A stretch of 64,000 bases of DNA from Syntrophales bacterium. GTDB taxonomy: Bacteria; Desulfobacterota; Syntrophia; Syntrophales; UBA2210. The stretch spans positions 1,728,001 to 1,792,000 of the forward strand of contig CAXXNF010000002.1 in the NCBI GenBank assembly GCA_963666365.2, written 5' to 3'. Made by a program: the position numbers and the translations under genes. How positions within the stretch are numbered: position 1 is the stretch's first letter; every line of letters begins with the position of its first letter. The notes beneath the pieces are model-generated. The model saw nothing but the letters and a program-made list of their open reading frames with translations. It ran no database searches and was not told the origin of the DNA. Below, in pieces: positions 30,663 through 40,692 of this stretch.

Positions 30663-31304
30663 TTATTTTTCTATGGGTAATATAATCACCGGCACCGTTG
30701 CTTTTTCGCTGAAGCGTTCGGCGTCGTCCAGGGAACCGATGCCTTCCCCCACATGCATGGGCACGGCCACTTTCGGTCCTAGGGCTGCAGCCGCTTCAAC
30801 GGCTTCCTCGGCAGTCATCACATAGGTCCCGCTCACCGGCAGCAACGCGATATCCGGGCGCAGATCGCGCATCTCCGGAATAAAATCCGCATCACCCGTA
30901 TGATAGATCACGACTCCCTTGACCGTGATCAGATACCCCACATGGCCGGCCTCTTTCGGATGAAAGGGATTTCCGGGGCTGTGGAATTTGTTGATATTGT
31001 ACGCCGGAACGGCCCTGATTGTAACACCCTTGACCGTCAACTCGTCACCTGCCGTTACGACCCTTATATTGCCGGAAAGTCCCTCGGCCGCCTTTGCAAT
31101 AGTGACGATGAGCGTGTCTTCCTTCTGGATTTTCGCCACATCCTCCGGCGACGCGTGATCATAGTGTTCATGAGTGATCAGAATCAGATCAGCTTTGGGC
31201 CCTCCCTTAAGCCTGTAAGGATCAATATAGATCACGGCGCCGTCACTGTCGATCCGAAAGCTGTCATGCCCCAACCACTTGATATTCGATATCATTTCTT
31301 CCAT
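30663..31304 (-). CDS. MBL-fold metallo-hydrolase
   Basis: WLGHDSF, THEHYDH, YHTGD, PMH; RBS AAGGAGG before 31304. Confidence 0.9.
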   Translation of the reverse strand: MEEMISNIKWLGHDSFRIDSDGAVIYIDPYRLKGGPKADLILITHEHYDHASPEDVAKIQKEDTLIVTIAKAAEGLSGNIRVVTAGDELTVKGVTIRAVPAYNINKFHSPGNPFHPKEAGHVGYLITVKGVVIYHTGDADFIPEMRDLRPDIALLPVSGTYVMTAEEAVEAAAALGPKVAVPMHVGEGIGSLDDAERFSEKATVPVIILPIEK

Positions 31305-31439
31305 TTCCGCCTCCTTCTGTTTGAAAACAGTGCCTGTCTCAAATACCCCCGCACAGCAACATGGCAACGGAATCACCATACCTCCAAACTATAGATGAGC
31401 CGTTATATATGTCAAGAAATATGTATGATGTCCTCGGAT

Positions 31440-32792
31440 TTATAGTATTAATATCATTGCAATACATACCATAATTGTCACAAATATTGATGTCCCTGGG
31501 AAAGGTTTTATTACATACTGACTGACCGCATAGGCGCAAACAATCGACAACACAGACACAAGACCAAATTTCACTATACCCGGAAGGCCGGGAACTGCAA
31601 ATAAAATGAGTTGAAATATAAGCACAAAGATATAGTGCGACAGGTATATATTGTATGAATTTGACCCCATATTCTCGTCAAAACGGGTGGGACGGTTCCA
31701 GTATCGTACACCCAGGGAGGCCAAAAATCCCAAAGCCGCTATGGTCAGGAAGTTGAGAATAAGAAAAAATAGCGCTCCATGGATTTCTTTCAAGTGATTC
31801 GGGCCGTTCAGTATTTGGTGATGGACCCAGAGGTACACAATCAAGAGACCGGCACATGATAGTGTCCATGTCTTGAAATGACCGGGGAATTTTCCCCGCT
31901 CAATCCATTTGTTCCTGTATGTTATCAGACCAAATGCAAAATAAATAATGTAGAAAAAGAGACGTGACGGACGAAATTGGATGATATTCCCCAGCGTAAA
32001 CAGGGGTTCGGGGTTGGTTAATTTCGGACTAAACGCGAACATCGCTCCCACAGTAAGAAAAGAACAGATTGCGGTAAGAAATCCCACACCAAAGAGAAAC
32101 TTCAGCGTCGATGAAACAACAGGAGGCTTTGTTATGCACGGTTGATCGATTCTGTCGAACCATTCTTTTCTCCAGGAGTACACCAGACTAAATACAACAA
32201 AGAATACGATAAGCAGAGAGAGAAACCACATGTAGCGCTGGTAAAATTGGTTGTGCGTCATAAGTTCGTTCATTGAGACAATCAGGCCGGTATTCAGCGC
32301 AGCGGCATTTTTTAGAAGAATCACCCATAATTCATAGTAGCTCATGGTTAGTGTCAAACCATTTCGTGTGAAATGATAAATCAGGGGCAAAATAGGGCAT
32401 ATCGCGAAAATGCATATCAGCCAGGGAATGCCCAACCTCTTCAATTTTCCTTTCAGAAAAGACAGCACCCCCTTTTTCTCAATAGAAGGAATGGCAAAAT
32501 ATCCCGCTATGTAGAAGAGCAGCGGCATGGCAAATGCGTCGGATAATGTCGAAATCCAGCCGGCTGTTATGCTGGGGTCCTTGTCAGCTACAGGCCACCA
32601 TATTAAATTCGTATAGGCATGGCTCGAGTGCTCCAATACAACGAAAATAACAAGCAACCATCTCATATTATCAAGATAAATGATTCGGTTTTCAATACCG
32701 CTGTCAGATATGTTCATAGATCTTTTCATCCTTGTGTGTCTGAAATATAAGTCCATCCGAGCACTCTTTTTAAGTAACGACTTGTTATTCAC
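31440..32792 (-). CDS. Acyltransferase-3 (OpgC-like) membrane protein; start uncertain
   Basis: RIIYLDNMR, HSSHAY, MPLLFYIAGYF, MWFL, SYNIYLSH. Confidence 0.85.
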   Translation of the reverse strand: MNNKSLLKKSARMDLYFRHTRMKRSMNISDSGIENRIIYLDNMRWLLVIFVVLEHSSHAYTNLIWWPVADKDPSITAGWISTLSDAFAMPLLFYIAGYFAIPSIEKKGVLSFLKGKLKRLGIPWLICIFAICPILPLIYHFTRNGLTLTMSYYELWVILLKNAAALNTGLIVSMNELMTHNQFYQRYMWFLSLLIVFFVVFSLVYSWRKEWFDRIDQPCITKPPVVSSTLKFLFGVGFLTAICSFLTVGAMFAFSPKLTNPEPLFTLGNIIQFRPSRLFFYIIYFAFGLITYRNKWIERGKFPGHFKTWTLSCAGLLIVYLWVHHQILNGPNHLKEIHGALFFLILNFLTIAALGFLASLGVRYWNRPTRFDENMGSNSYNIYLSHYIFVLIFQLILFAVPGLPGIVKFGLVSVLSIVCAYAVSQYVIKPFPGTSIFVTIMVCIAMILIL

Positions 32793-33056
32793 ATATTATC
32801 CAATTCGCTCCTCACAAGTGAACCAGGAAGTAGGCAAATAATATACGATAGTTACCGCCTCAGATTCTATTATGTGCCCCTGTTAGCCTTATTAATGCCT
32901 CCTATTATCTTCTTTATTGCCATATTATGTCAAGACATATATAGGCTAATTATCTGGCCATATTGCATTGATTATGTGAGAATTGTTTTTCTTACTTCCG
33001 TTATGAAATCACGAGATACATTTAAATTCTCACAACTAAGGAATATTGAGGTTTTC

Positions 33057-33086
33057 TTGACAATTGCCACAAGTGGAGTGTAGAAT
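33057..33086 (+). promoter_or_regulatory. Sigma70 promoter with palindrome in the spacer
   Basis: TTGACA-N18-TAGAAT; CCACAAGTGG inside the spacer. Confidence 0.5.
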
Positions 33087-33111
33087 TTTCAAAAATTCGA
33101 GATCGAAAAAT

Positions 33112-33543
33112 ATGGAAAAGAAAAAAATCAGTCCGCGAGTTGAAGATCAGACGAGAGAGTATTTATCAAAACACTTTAGCACCACGAACGCAGGAGCGGA
33201 ATACATACTGGACGGATTTCCCATGCTCTATAACCGGGCGCTACATGAAATAAAAGGCCGGTTTACCGAAGCCGAACTGGCGTTCCTTGTTGAAACCTTC
33301 AAAGAAACCAAGCTTGGGGCACAATTGGCGGGACAACAGTTGAAAGTTTATTGTGAAGATGCCATGATGTTCAAGAAACTCGATGAGAAGTGGCAAATTC
33401 AAAGAGAGGGATTCTTGCAGAAGATCCGCGAGATGCTTTCTTTTCATGCAGCGTGTCTGGAAATCTGGGCACGTGTGTACTGGTTTAGAAAATGGTATAA
33501 GGGAGAAAAGGCCTTGAGAGAATATGTGGCCTCTCTTCTTTAA
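33112..33543 (+). CDS. Hypothetical protein, possibly phage-derived DNA-binding protein
   Basis: Clean ORF (MEKKKISPRV...LEIWA...W) behind a promoter; basic N-terminus. Confidence 0.7.
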   Translation: MEKKKISPRVEDQTREYLSKHFSTTNAGAEYILDGFPMLYNRALHEIKGRFTEAELAFLVETFKETKLGAQLAGQQLKVYCEDAMMFKKLDEKWQIQREGFLQKIREMLSFHAACLEIWARVYWFRKWYKGEKALREYVASLL

Positions 33544-33596
33544 AATTTCTGACACTTACGCCCCCGAACCTGACACTTCCGTCCCTTCACTCCGAG

Positions 33597-34514
33597 TTAG
33601 TTTGTTCGGCTTCTTTCCTCACCGGATTTCTTTAAGAGCATGTCGATCGCTTTTTCCAACGCACGGTTGAATTCTTCCGGACGATCCATCATAAGGAAAT
33701 GGTCTGCGCTCTTCAGGACAATAGCATCATAAGAAAACATGTGCCTCCGGTTTGCATCATAGTTGATGGGCCACAAATCTCCATTCACGGTTATAACGGG
33801 AATGCGGATTTGTGCAAATACCTTTGCCGCTTCGCCCGTAATGTATTGCGCCATCATCTCGGTCATTGCACTGAGGGCAATAGCGGAAGGCGCACTGGAA
33901 ATGTCCGCAAGTATCCATTCACGAAGCTGTGGATCCGTATTCGGTGATATCATCTCCGCGACAAACTGTCTGCTTCCGGTTCTAAAATCCTTTTCCAAGG
34001 GAGCTATCATCCTCTTGAACTCTTCGCGAGTCAGCGGATACTCTATGTTTTCAAGCGTGTCTACACCGATCAAGCCGATGAGGCGATCATGAGCAAGTCG
34101 AGCCGCTTCCGCAATCACCGAGCCGCCCATGGAATGACCTATCAGAATAACGCGACAGCCACCCGTTGCGTCTATCACTGCCCGTACATCTTCTCCAAAG
34201 GAAGCCATGGTATAGGTTGTCCGTGACATTCCTGAGTGACCATGGCCGGCAAGGTCAAGCACCACAACACGATAGTTCCTTGAAAAATGAGGAGTTTGTG
34301 CGCGCCAGTAACGGGAATCGCAACTCCACCCGTGCACGAATACCAGCGTCGAGTCTCCCGCACCGGACACTTCATACGCAATTGGGGTGCCGTCTTTGGA
34401 CAGGGTCACATGGGGCCACCCCGCTCCCGCTTGTTCCCCTCCAAAGGCCACAATCAGTAGCACTGCACATCCGACAATAAGACGTACACAATCTCCTATA
34501 CCTGATTTACTCAT
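33597..34514 (-). CDS. Secreted alpha/beta hydrolase
   Basis: Signal-like N-terminus, FVHGW, DLAGHG, GHSMGG, ADHF. Confidence 0.88.
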   Translation of the reverse strand: MSKSGIGDCVRLIVGCAVLLIVAFGGEQAGAGWPHVTLSKDGTPIAYEVSGAGDSTLVFVHGWSCDSRYWRAQTPHFSRNYRVVVLDLAGHGHSGMSRTTYTMASFGEDVRAVIDATGGCRVILIGHSMGGSVIAEAARLAHDRLIGLIGVDTLENIEYPLTREEFKRMIAPLEKDFRTGSRQFVAEMISPNTDPQLREWILADISSAPSAIALSAMTEMMAQYITGEAAKVFAQIRIPVITVNGDLWPINYDANRRHMFSYDAIVLKSADHFLMMDRPEEFNRALEKAIDMLLKKSGEERSRTN

Positions 34515-34532
34515 TTTTCCGTTCCCACATTT

Positions 34533-35735
34533 TCAACTGCGTTGTTTGATTCGCCCCCGTTTTTCAATGGCCTTCATCACCTTTCCCATCAGTCGAAAGG
34601 GTTTTATCTTCGATTCCGTCTGGTCGATGGTGCCCGCCAGGTACAGATCCGCATCTTCCGAGTAATACAGAAATGAGCCGGTAGAACCGGAGTGGCCCCA
34701 TAAAGGCGGTACGTTCATCATCGTCCGCATAATCCCGGGAAATTTGAAGTACATGGTTCCATAACCGTATTGAATCGGAAAGTGCAGTTTGTGCCATTGA
34801 TGCATCAGCGTCACTGTATCGGGTTTGAGGACCCTCCCTTCATTGAGCGCCTTAAGAAACAAGATACATTCCTCGGCAGTAGACACAATGCCTCCATCAG
34901 CCCAGTACGATCCGTTCCCACGTATGCGGGTGATATTCCTCTCTTCACAGAATACATCTGCCGGAGCCGACGATGTAGAAGAGGCGGGAACAGAATGGCC
35001 GACCAGCCAGGTATGTGTCAGCTCCAGAGGCTGAAAAAAGAATTTCTCATACACGACATGAAGAGGCTTTCCGGTGACGGCTTCGATGATTTTGCCCAAT
35101 AACTGAAAATTTGTATCCGAATAGGATGCATCCGTCCCGGGAGAAAAATTCGGTTCCAGATCGTTTCGTGCTCTTGCGATTGTCTCTTCGACCGTCCATA
35201 ATCGTGCCGGATTCTCAAGGAACACATCGAAAAGCCTTTTTCCATCTTTAGATTTACCGGCATAGTAATCCGCAATTCCGGACGTATGGGACAGCAGCTC
35301 TTTTATTGTAATTTTAAGGGAATAATCCTCCCCCTCATACACATGAATGCCCTGAATGAGTTTATCAGGAAGATATTTGGCCATAGGATCATCCAAAGAA
35401 AGCACACCCTGTTCATGTAATTTCATGATTGCCGCTGCAGTATAGAGTTTCGTGATACTTGCAATGTAAATAGAGGTGTCTGCAGTCATCGGTGTCCGGT
35501 CATCCTGGCAGGCTATTCCGGCGGCACCCGTCCATGAGAAAGATCCATCGCCTTTCATTACGGACAACACACAATTTTTTACCGATGTATCTTGTTCGAC
35601 GAAATGTGAAACCAGATAGTGCAGTTCCTGGTTCAAATTGTCAAATTGCGGGCTTGATGTTTTCAAATGTCCTATATACAAACCCGTTACAACAACAGTG
35701 AAAAACAGTATGATTGGAATAACTATACGTTTCAC
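34533..35735 (-). CDS. Serine hydrolase (beta-lactamase/PBP-like family)
   Basis: ASITK (SxxK), LLSHTSG, YSD, WGHSG; N-terminal anchor. Confidence 0.88.
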   Translation of the reverse strand: MKRIVIPIILFFTVVVTGLYIGHLKTSSPQFDNLNQELHYLVSHFVEQDTSVKNCVLSVMKGDGSFSWTGAAGIACQDDRTPMTADTSIYIASITKLYTAAAIMKLHEQGVLSLDDPMAKYLPDKLIQGIHVYEGEDYSLKITIKELLSHTSGIADYYAGKSKDGKRLFDVFLENPARLWTVEETIARARNDLEPNFSPGTDASYSDTNFQLLGKIIEAVTGKPLHVVYEKFFFQPLELTHTWLVGHSVPASSTSSAPADVFCEERNITRIRGNGSYWADGGIVSTAEECILFLKALNEGRVLKPDTVTLMHQWHKLHFPIQYGYGTMYFKFPGIMRTMMNVPPLWGHSGSTGSFLYYSEDADLYLAGTIDQTESKIKPFRLMGKVMKAIEKRGRIKQRS

Positions 35736-35793
35736 AGCCGATCCCTTCTTGTGTTGCTTTTTGTGACTTTTCCCAAGATCCCTATTTTGAGAC

Positions 35794-36459
35794 TCACTGT
35801 CTGGGACTGCATCGTTTTTCCGAAGTTTTTGAGAGCTTGAAGTCGGTCAGGTCAAGTATAACCTTTGTTTCGATGGCGCCTTTTAATCCGTGCGATTTCC
35901 ACTCCTTGATTTCCGGACAGTTGTCATCATTGGCATCTCCCGTTTCCAGCCAGAATACAAGGGATTCATCCTTAAATTCTTCCGGATCCGACCAGGTACC
36001 TTCATAGACCTTTTTTCTTTTTTTCAAATTCCAGATAGTGAAACCGCTAGGACCCGGACCAGTGGTGCTGTCCAGAAAAAGCAGATTACCCTTCAATCCC
36101 GCAAAGTACTCGGCCCATTCATTGGGAATCTCAAAATCGTTATTCTCCGAAACATAGGTGCATGGTATCTTCTCATCGGGATTCGATTTGTACTTAATAA
36201 GGAAATCCGTGCCCGCCTTCCCCCGCACTTCCTTCGCGATGACCAGAAATTCAGGCGACTCGTAACATTTGATTGATTGATTGATAACGTCTCGCTCCTT
36301 GGACATTTCATCTCTTTGAAGACACTCTTCGCCTGCGGAAACTGCACAAATTGCGCAGGTAATGAAGATAAATATAACGGCAAAACAAAAATTATAAATT
36401 TTCAATCCACTGACCTTTTCTGTACAATCGACATCCGGGCTTATTTGCCACTTCTTCAC
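35794..36459 (-). CDS. Hypothetical exported protein
   Basis: 221-aa ORF with signal-like hydrophobic segment and several Cys; start uncertain. Confidence 0.65.
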   Translation of the reverse strand: MKKWQISPDVDCTEKVSGLKIYNFCFAVIFIFITCAICAVSAGEECLQRDEMSKERDVINQSIKCYESPEFLVIAKEVRGKAGTDFLIKYKSNPDEKIPCTYVSENNDFEIPNEWAEYFAGLKGNLLFLDSTTGPGPSGFTIWNLKKRKKVYEGTWSDPEEFKDESLVFWLETGDANDDNCPEIKEWKSHGLKGAIETKVILDLTDFKLSKTSEKRCSPRQ

Positions 36460-36732
36460 AACAGATGCCCGTGATTCGCTTCAAGCTGATTGGTTACATA
36501 TGCTTTTCTCTTACCTTCCCGATGTCGTCGAAGTATTTGAGGTTGACTCTTTCAGATAACCCGGCGCCATAGGACTCTGGGATAGAGAATCATCCTGTGC
36601 TCCCGAGGAGTGGTATTTAATGGCGAACTGCACAGTTCCCGCAGCTTCTTCGCCAGCTATATCTTCAACAAAGACAAGTATCATATCGATGCCGACCAAT
36701 ATACCTGCCGAGGACAGCGAACGAAAAATTTC

Positions 36733-37140
36733 TTATGGCACGAGGCATCGGGCGTTCGATCCCTCACGCAACGGGCGGAACAGGGACGTGCGTTTCCCGC
36801 CTTCTTCAGGCCGCAGAAGTTCCACCGGCATATCCACTTTCACTTCTTCAATGGGGCATTGCACAATGTTGCCGGGTATCCGTACGCCTTCATCGAGTTC
36901 AACAATGGCAAAGATATAGGGCACTTTATCTTCAAAAGCCTCAAGGGCGCTCACCCGCACCACGGTGTAACTGTATACCTTCCCCCGGCCGGTGGCATGC
37001 CTTATTTCCGGCGTGGTCTTCAGGCAATAGGGGCACAGCTCCCGGGGATAAAAAATATAGCGGGCGCAGACAGGACAGAATTGAATCGCAAGGGTACCGG
37101 CGTGTGTTTCACCGGGCTTTTTCCCGGGGGTAACGGTCAT
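36733..37140 (-). CDS. DUF35 Zn-ribbon/OB-fold protein
   Basis: CPVC...CPYC, GKVYSYTVV, VELDEG; overlaps the thiolase stop. Confidence 0.88.
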   Translation of the reverse strand: MTVTPGKKPGETHAGTLAIQFCPVCARYIFYPRELCPYCLKTTPEIRHATGRGKVYSYTVVRVSALEAFEDKVPYIFAIVELDEGVRIPGNIVQCPIEEVKVDMPVELLRPEEGGKRTSLFRPLREGSNARCLVP

Positions 37141-38315
37141 ATCCGCTCCTTTCCCAATATTAGGCTGGATTGCGTGCTCATAATCCCGCCGTTGCCGTTG
37201 ACAAAGGCCGTCCGGTTCCGTGTAACCTGTCGCTTTCCCGCGGCGCCCCGCAGCTGGCGGACCGCCTCGGTTACATGGGACGTTCCGCCGGCATAGGACG
37301 GTTGCCCGAAGGAGAGCTGTCCGCCGTGGGTATTGAGCGGCCTGTCCCCCCTATAGGTAAAATCATGGTTCTCCACAAAAGCGCCCCCCTCCCCTTTGGC
37401 GCAAAACCCGGCATCCTCAAGGGTAATAATTACCGTGATGGGATAACAATCGTAGAGAGAAAGAAACTCGATATCGGCAGGACCCATTGATGCCATTTTA
37501 AAGGCCCGAGCCGCCGAATCCTTTATCGGGCTGATCGTGATGTCATCGGAATATACAATTGAATTATGGGTGCACGCCTCACCGATACCCAGGATAAATA
37601 CGGGCGCCTGCGGCATATCGGCCGCTTCTTCGGTACGGCTGACAATAACTGCTGCAGCCCCGGCGCAGGGTCTTACGATTTCCCAGAGGTGCAGTGGATC
37701 GACGACAAGCGGTGATGAAAGGACGTCGGCAATACTGATCGGTTTCTTATTAAAAAGCGCATCCGGATTCAGCAGGGCGTTTTCACGCTGCTCAACGGCG
37801 ATTTTTGCCATCTGTTCAGCTGTAGTGCCGTATTGATGCATGTGACGGCGGGCAATCAGTGCATAGCCGGAATTGAATCCCATGGGCCCGTGGGGAAGTT
37901 CGTAATCGATTTCGGCCTTTGACATTGCGGCTACTTTTGTTTCGTCGGAATGAAATATCCGATCATCCCAGATGCCCCCGCTCAGGCACAGACAGTGCCG
38001 GCACATGCCGGCAGCCACGGCAAGCACGGCCCTTGTAACGCTGCCACACCCGCTCGCACCGCCCAGTTCCACCATGTCGAGAAAACCGGGGCTCAGTTTG
38101 AGGTACTCGGCCACCTGCGCCGGCCACATGAACGTGGTATCTTCAAAGGGCGGCGTCACAATGAGGCCGTCAATTGCAGTTTTGGAAAGCCCTGCATCAC
38201 CTATGGCCCGGCCCGCCACCTCTGCAAAAAGTCCCAATGTGGTTTTTCCTTCCGACTTAATGGATGGGGCCAGCTCCGCAATACCTGTAATTGCCGCGCT
38301 CCCTTTCAGTTTCAT
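37137..38315 (-). CDS. Thiolase-superfamily protein (SCP-x/Ltp2-like)
   Basis: RRHMHQYG, NPDA, YDCY, NTHGGQLSFG, AVRQLRG. Confidence 0.88.
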   Translation of the reverse strand: MKLKGSAAITGIAELAPSIKSEGKTTLGLFAEVAGRAIGDAGLSKTAIDGLIVTPPFEDTTFMWPAQVAEYLKLSPGFLDMVELGGASGCGSVTRAVLAVAAGMCRHCLCLSGGIWDDRIFHSDETKVAAMSKAEIDYELPHGPMGFNSGYALIARRHMHQYGTTAEQMAKIAVEQRENALLNPDALFNKKPISIADVLSSPLVVDPLHLWEIVRPCAGAAAVIVSRTEEAADMPQAPVFILGIGEACTHNSIVYSDDITISPIKDSAARAFKMASMGPADIEFLSLYDCYPITVIITLEDAGFCAKGEGGAFVENHDFTYRGDRPLNTHGGQLSFGQPSYAGGTSHVTEAVRQLRGAAGKRQVTRNRTAFVNGNGGIMSTQSSLILGKERI

Positions 38316-38442
38316 ACTCCCACTCCGGTTGCATTGAGAATTCGAGCAGATCTCCCTCACTGTCCGCTCGTTCGGAAACGACTTCTCTCGTATGGACAGA
38401 CACGTTGAAAGGTTGATAACATTTCCTTATTGGCGCGTAAGC

Positions 38443-38970
38443 TCACGGAATGTAGACGCCGGCGCCGATGAAGTATTCGGTACCGGGAATCGGCTCTATA
38501 TAGGTAATTTTCTTAAATTCACCTTTCTTCCCCGGTTTTTGCCAATAATGCTCGAAAAAACCACCGCCCTTCTTTGCCGTCTCTATGGCCATGCGTACAT
38601 CGTATGTGCCCTTCGCGTCCCTGTGGTCGATTAAGTTCTTCCCCTCCAGGCTTTTCATGCCGCCATGGCCCACGACCAGCCCTTCAAGCGTATAGACATA
38701 GATATATCCGCTCCCGTCCTGAAAGAATCGGACCGGTTTTACAAATCTTTGAATCAGCTCCGTCCTCTCTTTTTCATCGGGGATACTTTCAAGCACTTCT
38801 CCCAAAGACGCCCCTGAAGCGTGAACCACTGCCTGCAACACTTCTCTGGCGCATGCGCCGGCATTCTCACCCGCAAGGACAGCGCCCGGCGAAACACATT
38901 GCAGCAGCATCGTCAAAAAAATAAATTGCAGAACCAATGATCTGACGCCACATCTGCATCGTTGAGACAT
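38443..38970 (-). CDS. Secreted single-Cache domain protein
   Basis: Signal peptide, GYIYVY, GKNLIDHRDAKG, YWQKPG, KITY. Confidence 0.85.
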   Translation of the reverse strand: MSQRCRCGVRSLVLQFIFLTMLLQCVSPGAVLAGENAGACAREVLQAVVHASGASLGEVLESIPDEKERTELIQRFVKPVRFFQDGSGYIYVYTLEGLVVGHGGMKSLEGKNLIDHRDAKGTYDVRMAIETAKKGGGFFEHYWQKPGKKGEFKKITYIEPIPGTEYFIGAGVYIP

Positions 38971-38989
38971 TGCACCTCCCTTACATTTG

Positions 38990-39802
38990 CTACTCCGTTT
39001 TGACCAGGGTAAGTCCGGCCCGTTCCAGGGCTCGCGTTTCGAAGGACACCTGAAAGCCGGGCTCGTAATTCATGTAGCCGGGAACCGGATAGCGGAGTCC
39101 CGCGGCATGGGTTGCTTCGATTCCCTCGACAAGCAGATCCAGCCTTTCCCGGGGACAGGTGAAAAGCACCTCCGAATCCTGAGCGCCGCCCCAGATGCGG
39201 TCGCCGTTTCCCAAAATTACCATCTGCGGCTTTTTCGTCATGAAGGTCTTGATGACCCCCTCATGGCAGGAGCCCATCCTTCCCGCCGCCGTCGATTCGA
39301 CGGCGCCGCCTTCGCAGTAAAGATACCCCTGTATGAGCCGCATCATCTGCGCGGGCATGCAATAGATCAGTATCACGTCGGGCTCAATCTTTGTCCTGGC
39401 GAGGGGAGATACGATAAGTCCTTCATAGGCATTATCGAGCCGGTAGGTATAGGCCTCCCCCTTTTTTGCCGTCTCGATGTCCCTGCTGTAGAGGCCGACA
39501 TTGAAACGGAGCAGGTTTTCCGCTTCCTTCTCATCAAGGGTGTCCCATCCGTAGACCATACGGGCCGCCCGGCAGTTGGTATCCTCCTCCGTCACCGCCA
39601 TGGTCCAGCCGTAAGTACGGCACATCTTGAAATTCTGACAGATGAAATTCTGAAAGCCCAGGTCCCGCGAGGGCCGTTTACACTCCTCCGGGATCTCATC
39701 CGCCGTTTTCACCAGCTTGACGGCCAGGGGGAAGGTCGAAAGACGAAGATATTGTTCGAGTTTTTTGCCTGTTTCATGGTAGGACGTCAACTGTTCCGGC
39801 AT
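38990..39802 (-). CDS. DUF169 family protein
   Basis: LRLSTFPLAVK, ICQ, EPDVILIYCMPAQMMRL, GNGDR. Confidence 0.8.
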   Translation of the reverse strand: MPEQLTSYHETGKKLEQYLRLSTFPLAVKLVKTADEIPEECKRPSRDLGFQNFICQNFKMCRTYGWTMAVTEEDTNCRAARMVYGWDTLDEKEAENLLRFNVGLYSRDIETAKKGEAYTYRLDNAYEGLIVSPLARTKIEPDVILIYCMPAQMMRLIQGYLYCEGGAVESTAAGRMGSCHEGVIKTFMTKKPQMVILGNGDRIWGGAQDSEVLFTCPRERLDLLVEGIEATHAAGLRYPVPGYMNYEPGFQVSFETRALERAGLTLVKTE

Positions 39803-39827
39803 AGGGCAGCCTCCTTTTCTAAGTAAT

Positions 39828-40460
39828 TCAAAAACCTTTCACCATCCGGTAATGCCGCGCAATGTGGTGATGCTTTTCGAGACAGGGTACCCACATCTCA
39901 CAGAAAATCTCCATACCCATGCGCAGGTAGAAATCGACGGCGGGATTGTCGGCGTACACATCGAGATGGCAGGAGCGGTACCCCTGCGCTGCCGCACGTT
40001 CAAAGGCGGATGTAATGAGTAATTCGCCGATACCTTCCCGTTGCCTTTTCTTCGAGACTGCCAGCGTCTGCAGATAGTAGGCATCACGGGGAATCGGCGG
40101 ATTCAGAAAGGACATGTAGCCGATGGCCTTTTTGAACTCATCGTATTCGGAGGGTGTAAGCAGTTCCTCCGCATGCCGGAAAAAGGTCCTGCCTTCACGG
40201 TGCTGCCTTTCGCGATCGTAGCCCGCCTCGATGCCGACCAGGTCCTCTCCGTCAAAGGCGCCTTGCCCGAAGATGTGACTGAAGGGCCCCTCCGTTCCCC
40301 GCCATTGAAGGGCAAAATAATTGAGGGCCCTTTCTTTATTGCCGCCAAACCAGTATCCGAATACATGTGAATCGGTCTCGAAAATAAGTTCCGCTGCCAG
40401 ACTCGCATGTTTTGATTTTGCCTTTTTTATTTCAATATTTTTCCTCTTCATCGCTGCCAT
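39828..40460 (-). CDS. GNAT N-acetyltransferase
   Basis: LAVSKKRQREGIG, NPAVDFY. Confidence 0.87.
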   Translation of the reverse strand: MAAMKRKNIEIKKAKSKHASLAAELIFETDSHVFGYWFGGNKERALNYFALQWRGTEGPFSHIFGQGAFDGEDLVGIEAGYDRERQHREGRTFFRHAEELLTPSEYDEFKKAIGYMSFLNPPIPRDAYYLQTLAVSKKRQREGIGELLITSAFERAAAQGYRSCHLDVYADNPAVDFYLRMGMEIFCEMWVPCLEKHHHIARHYRMVKGF

Positions 40461-40499
40461 GTGTTCATTCCTTGGAACTTTCTTTAAGAAACTGATTCA

Positions 40500-40585
40500 T
40501 TTTCTCCCGCAGAAACGCCAAGAGGCAGAGAAAAGAAATTTTTATTTTCCCTTGTCCTCAGCGCCCCCGCGCCTCTGCGCGAAAA
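40500..40585. repeat. Degenerate CGCAGAG-type palindromic element
   Basis: CGCAGAAACGCCAAGAGGCAGAG ... CTCAGCGCCCCCGCGCCTCTGCG imperfect inverted arms. Confidence 0.6.
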
Positions 40586-40692
40586 TTCTGTTCTTTTTTA
40601 TTCCCGGTGCACTGTTCATGCAACTGTCAGTTACGTTCCATTATATTGCCGATGTGTCGGGACAGGGAACCTCTTAAGGTTCCAATTATTTC

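Noticed and set aside
33545..33603. attC site after the alpha/beta hydrolase; CTGACACTT direct repeat at 21-bp spacing
   Set aside because: No matching GTTRRRY end. Two copies only, so not CRISPR; likely a degenerate heptamer tract.
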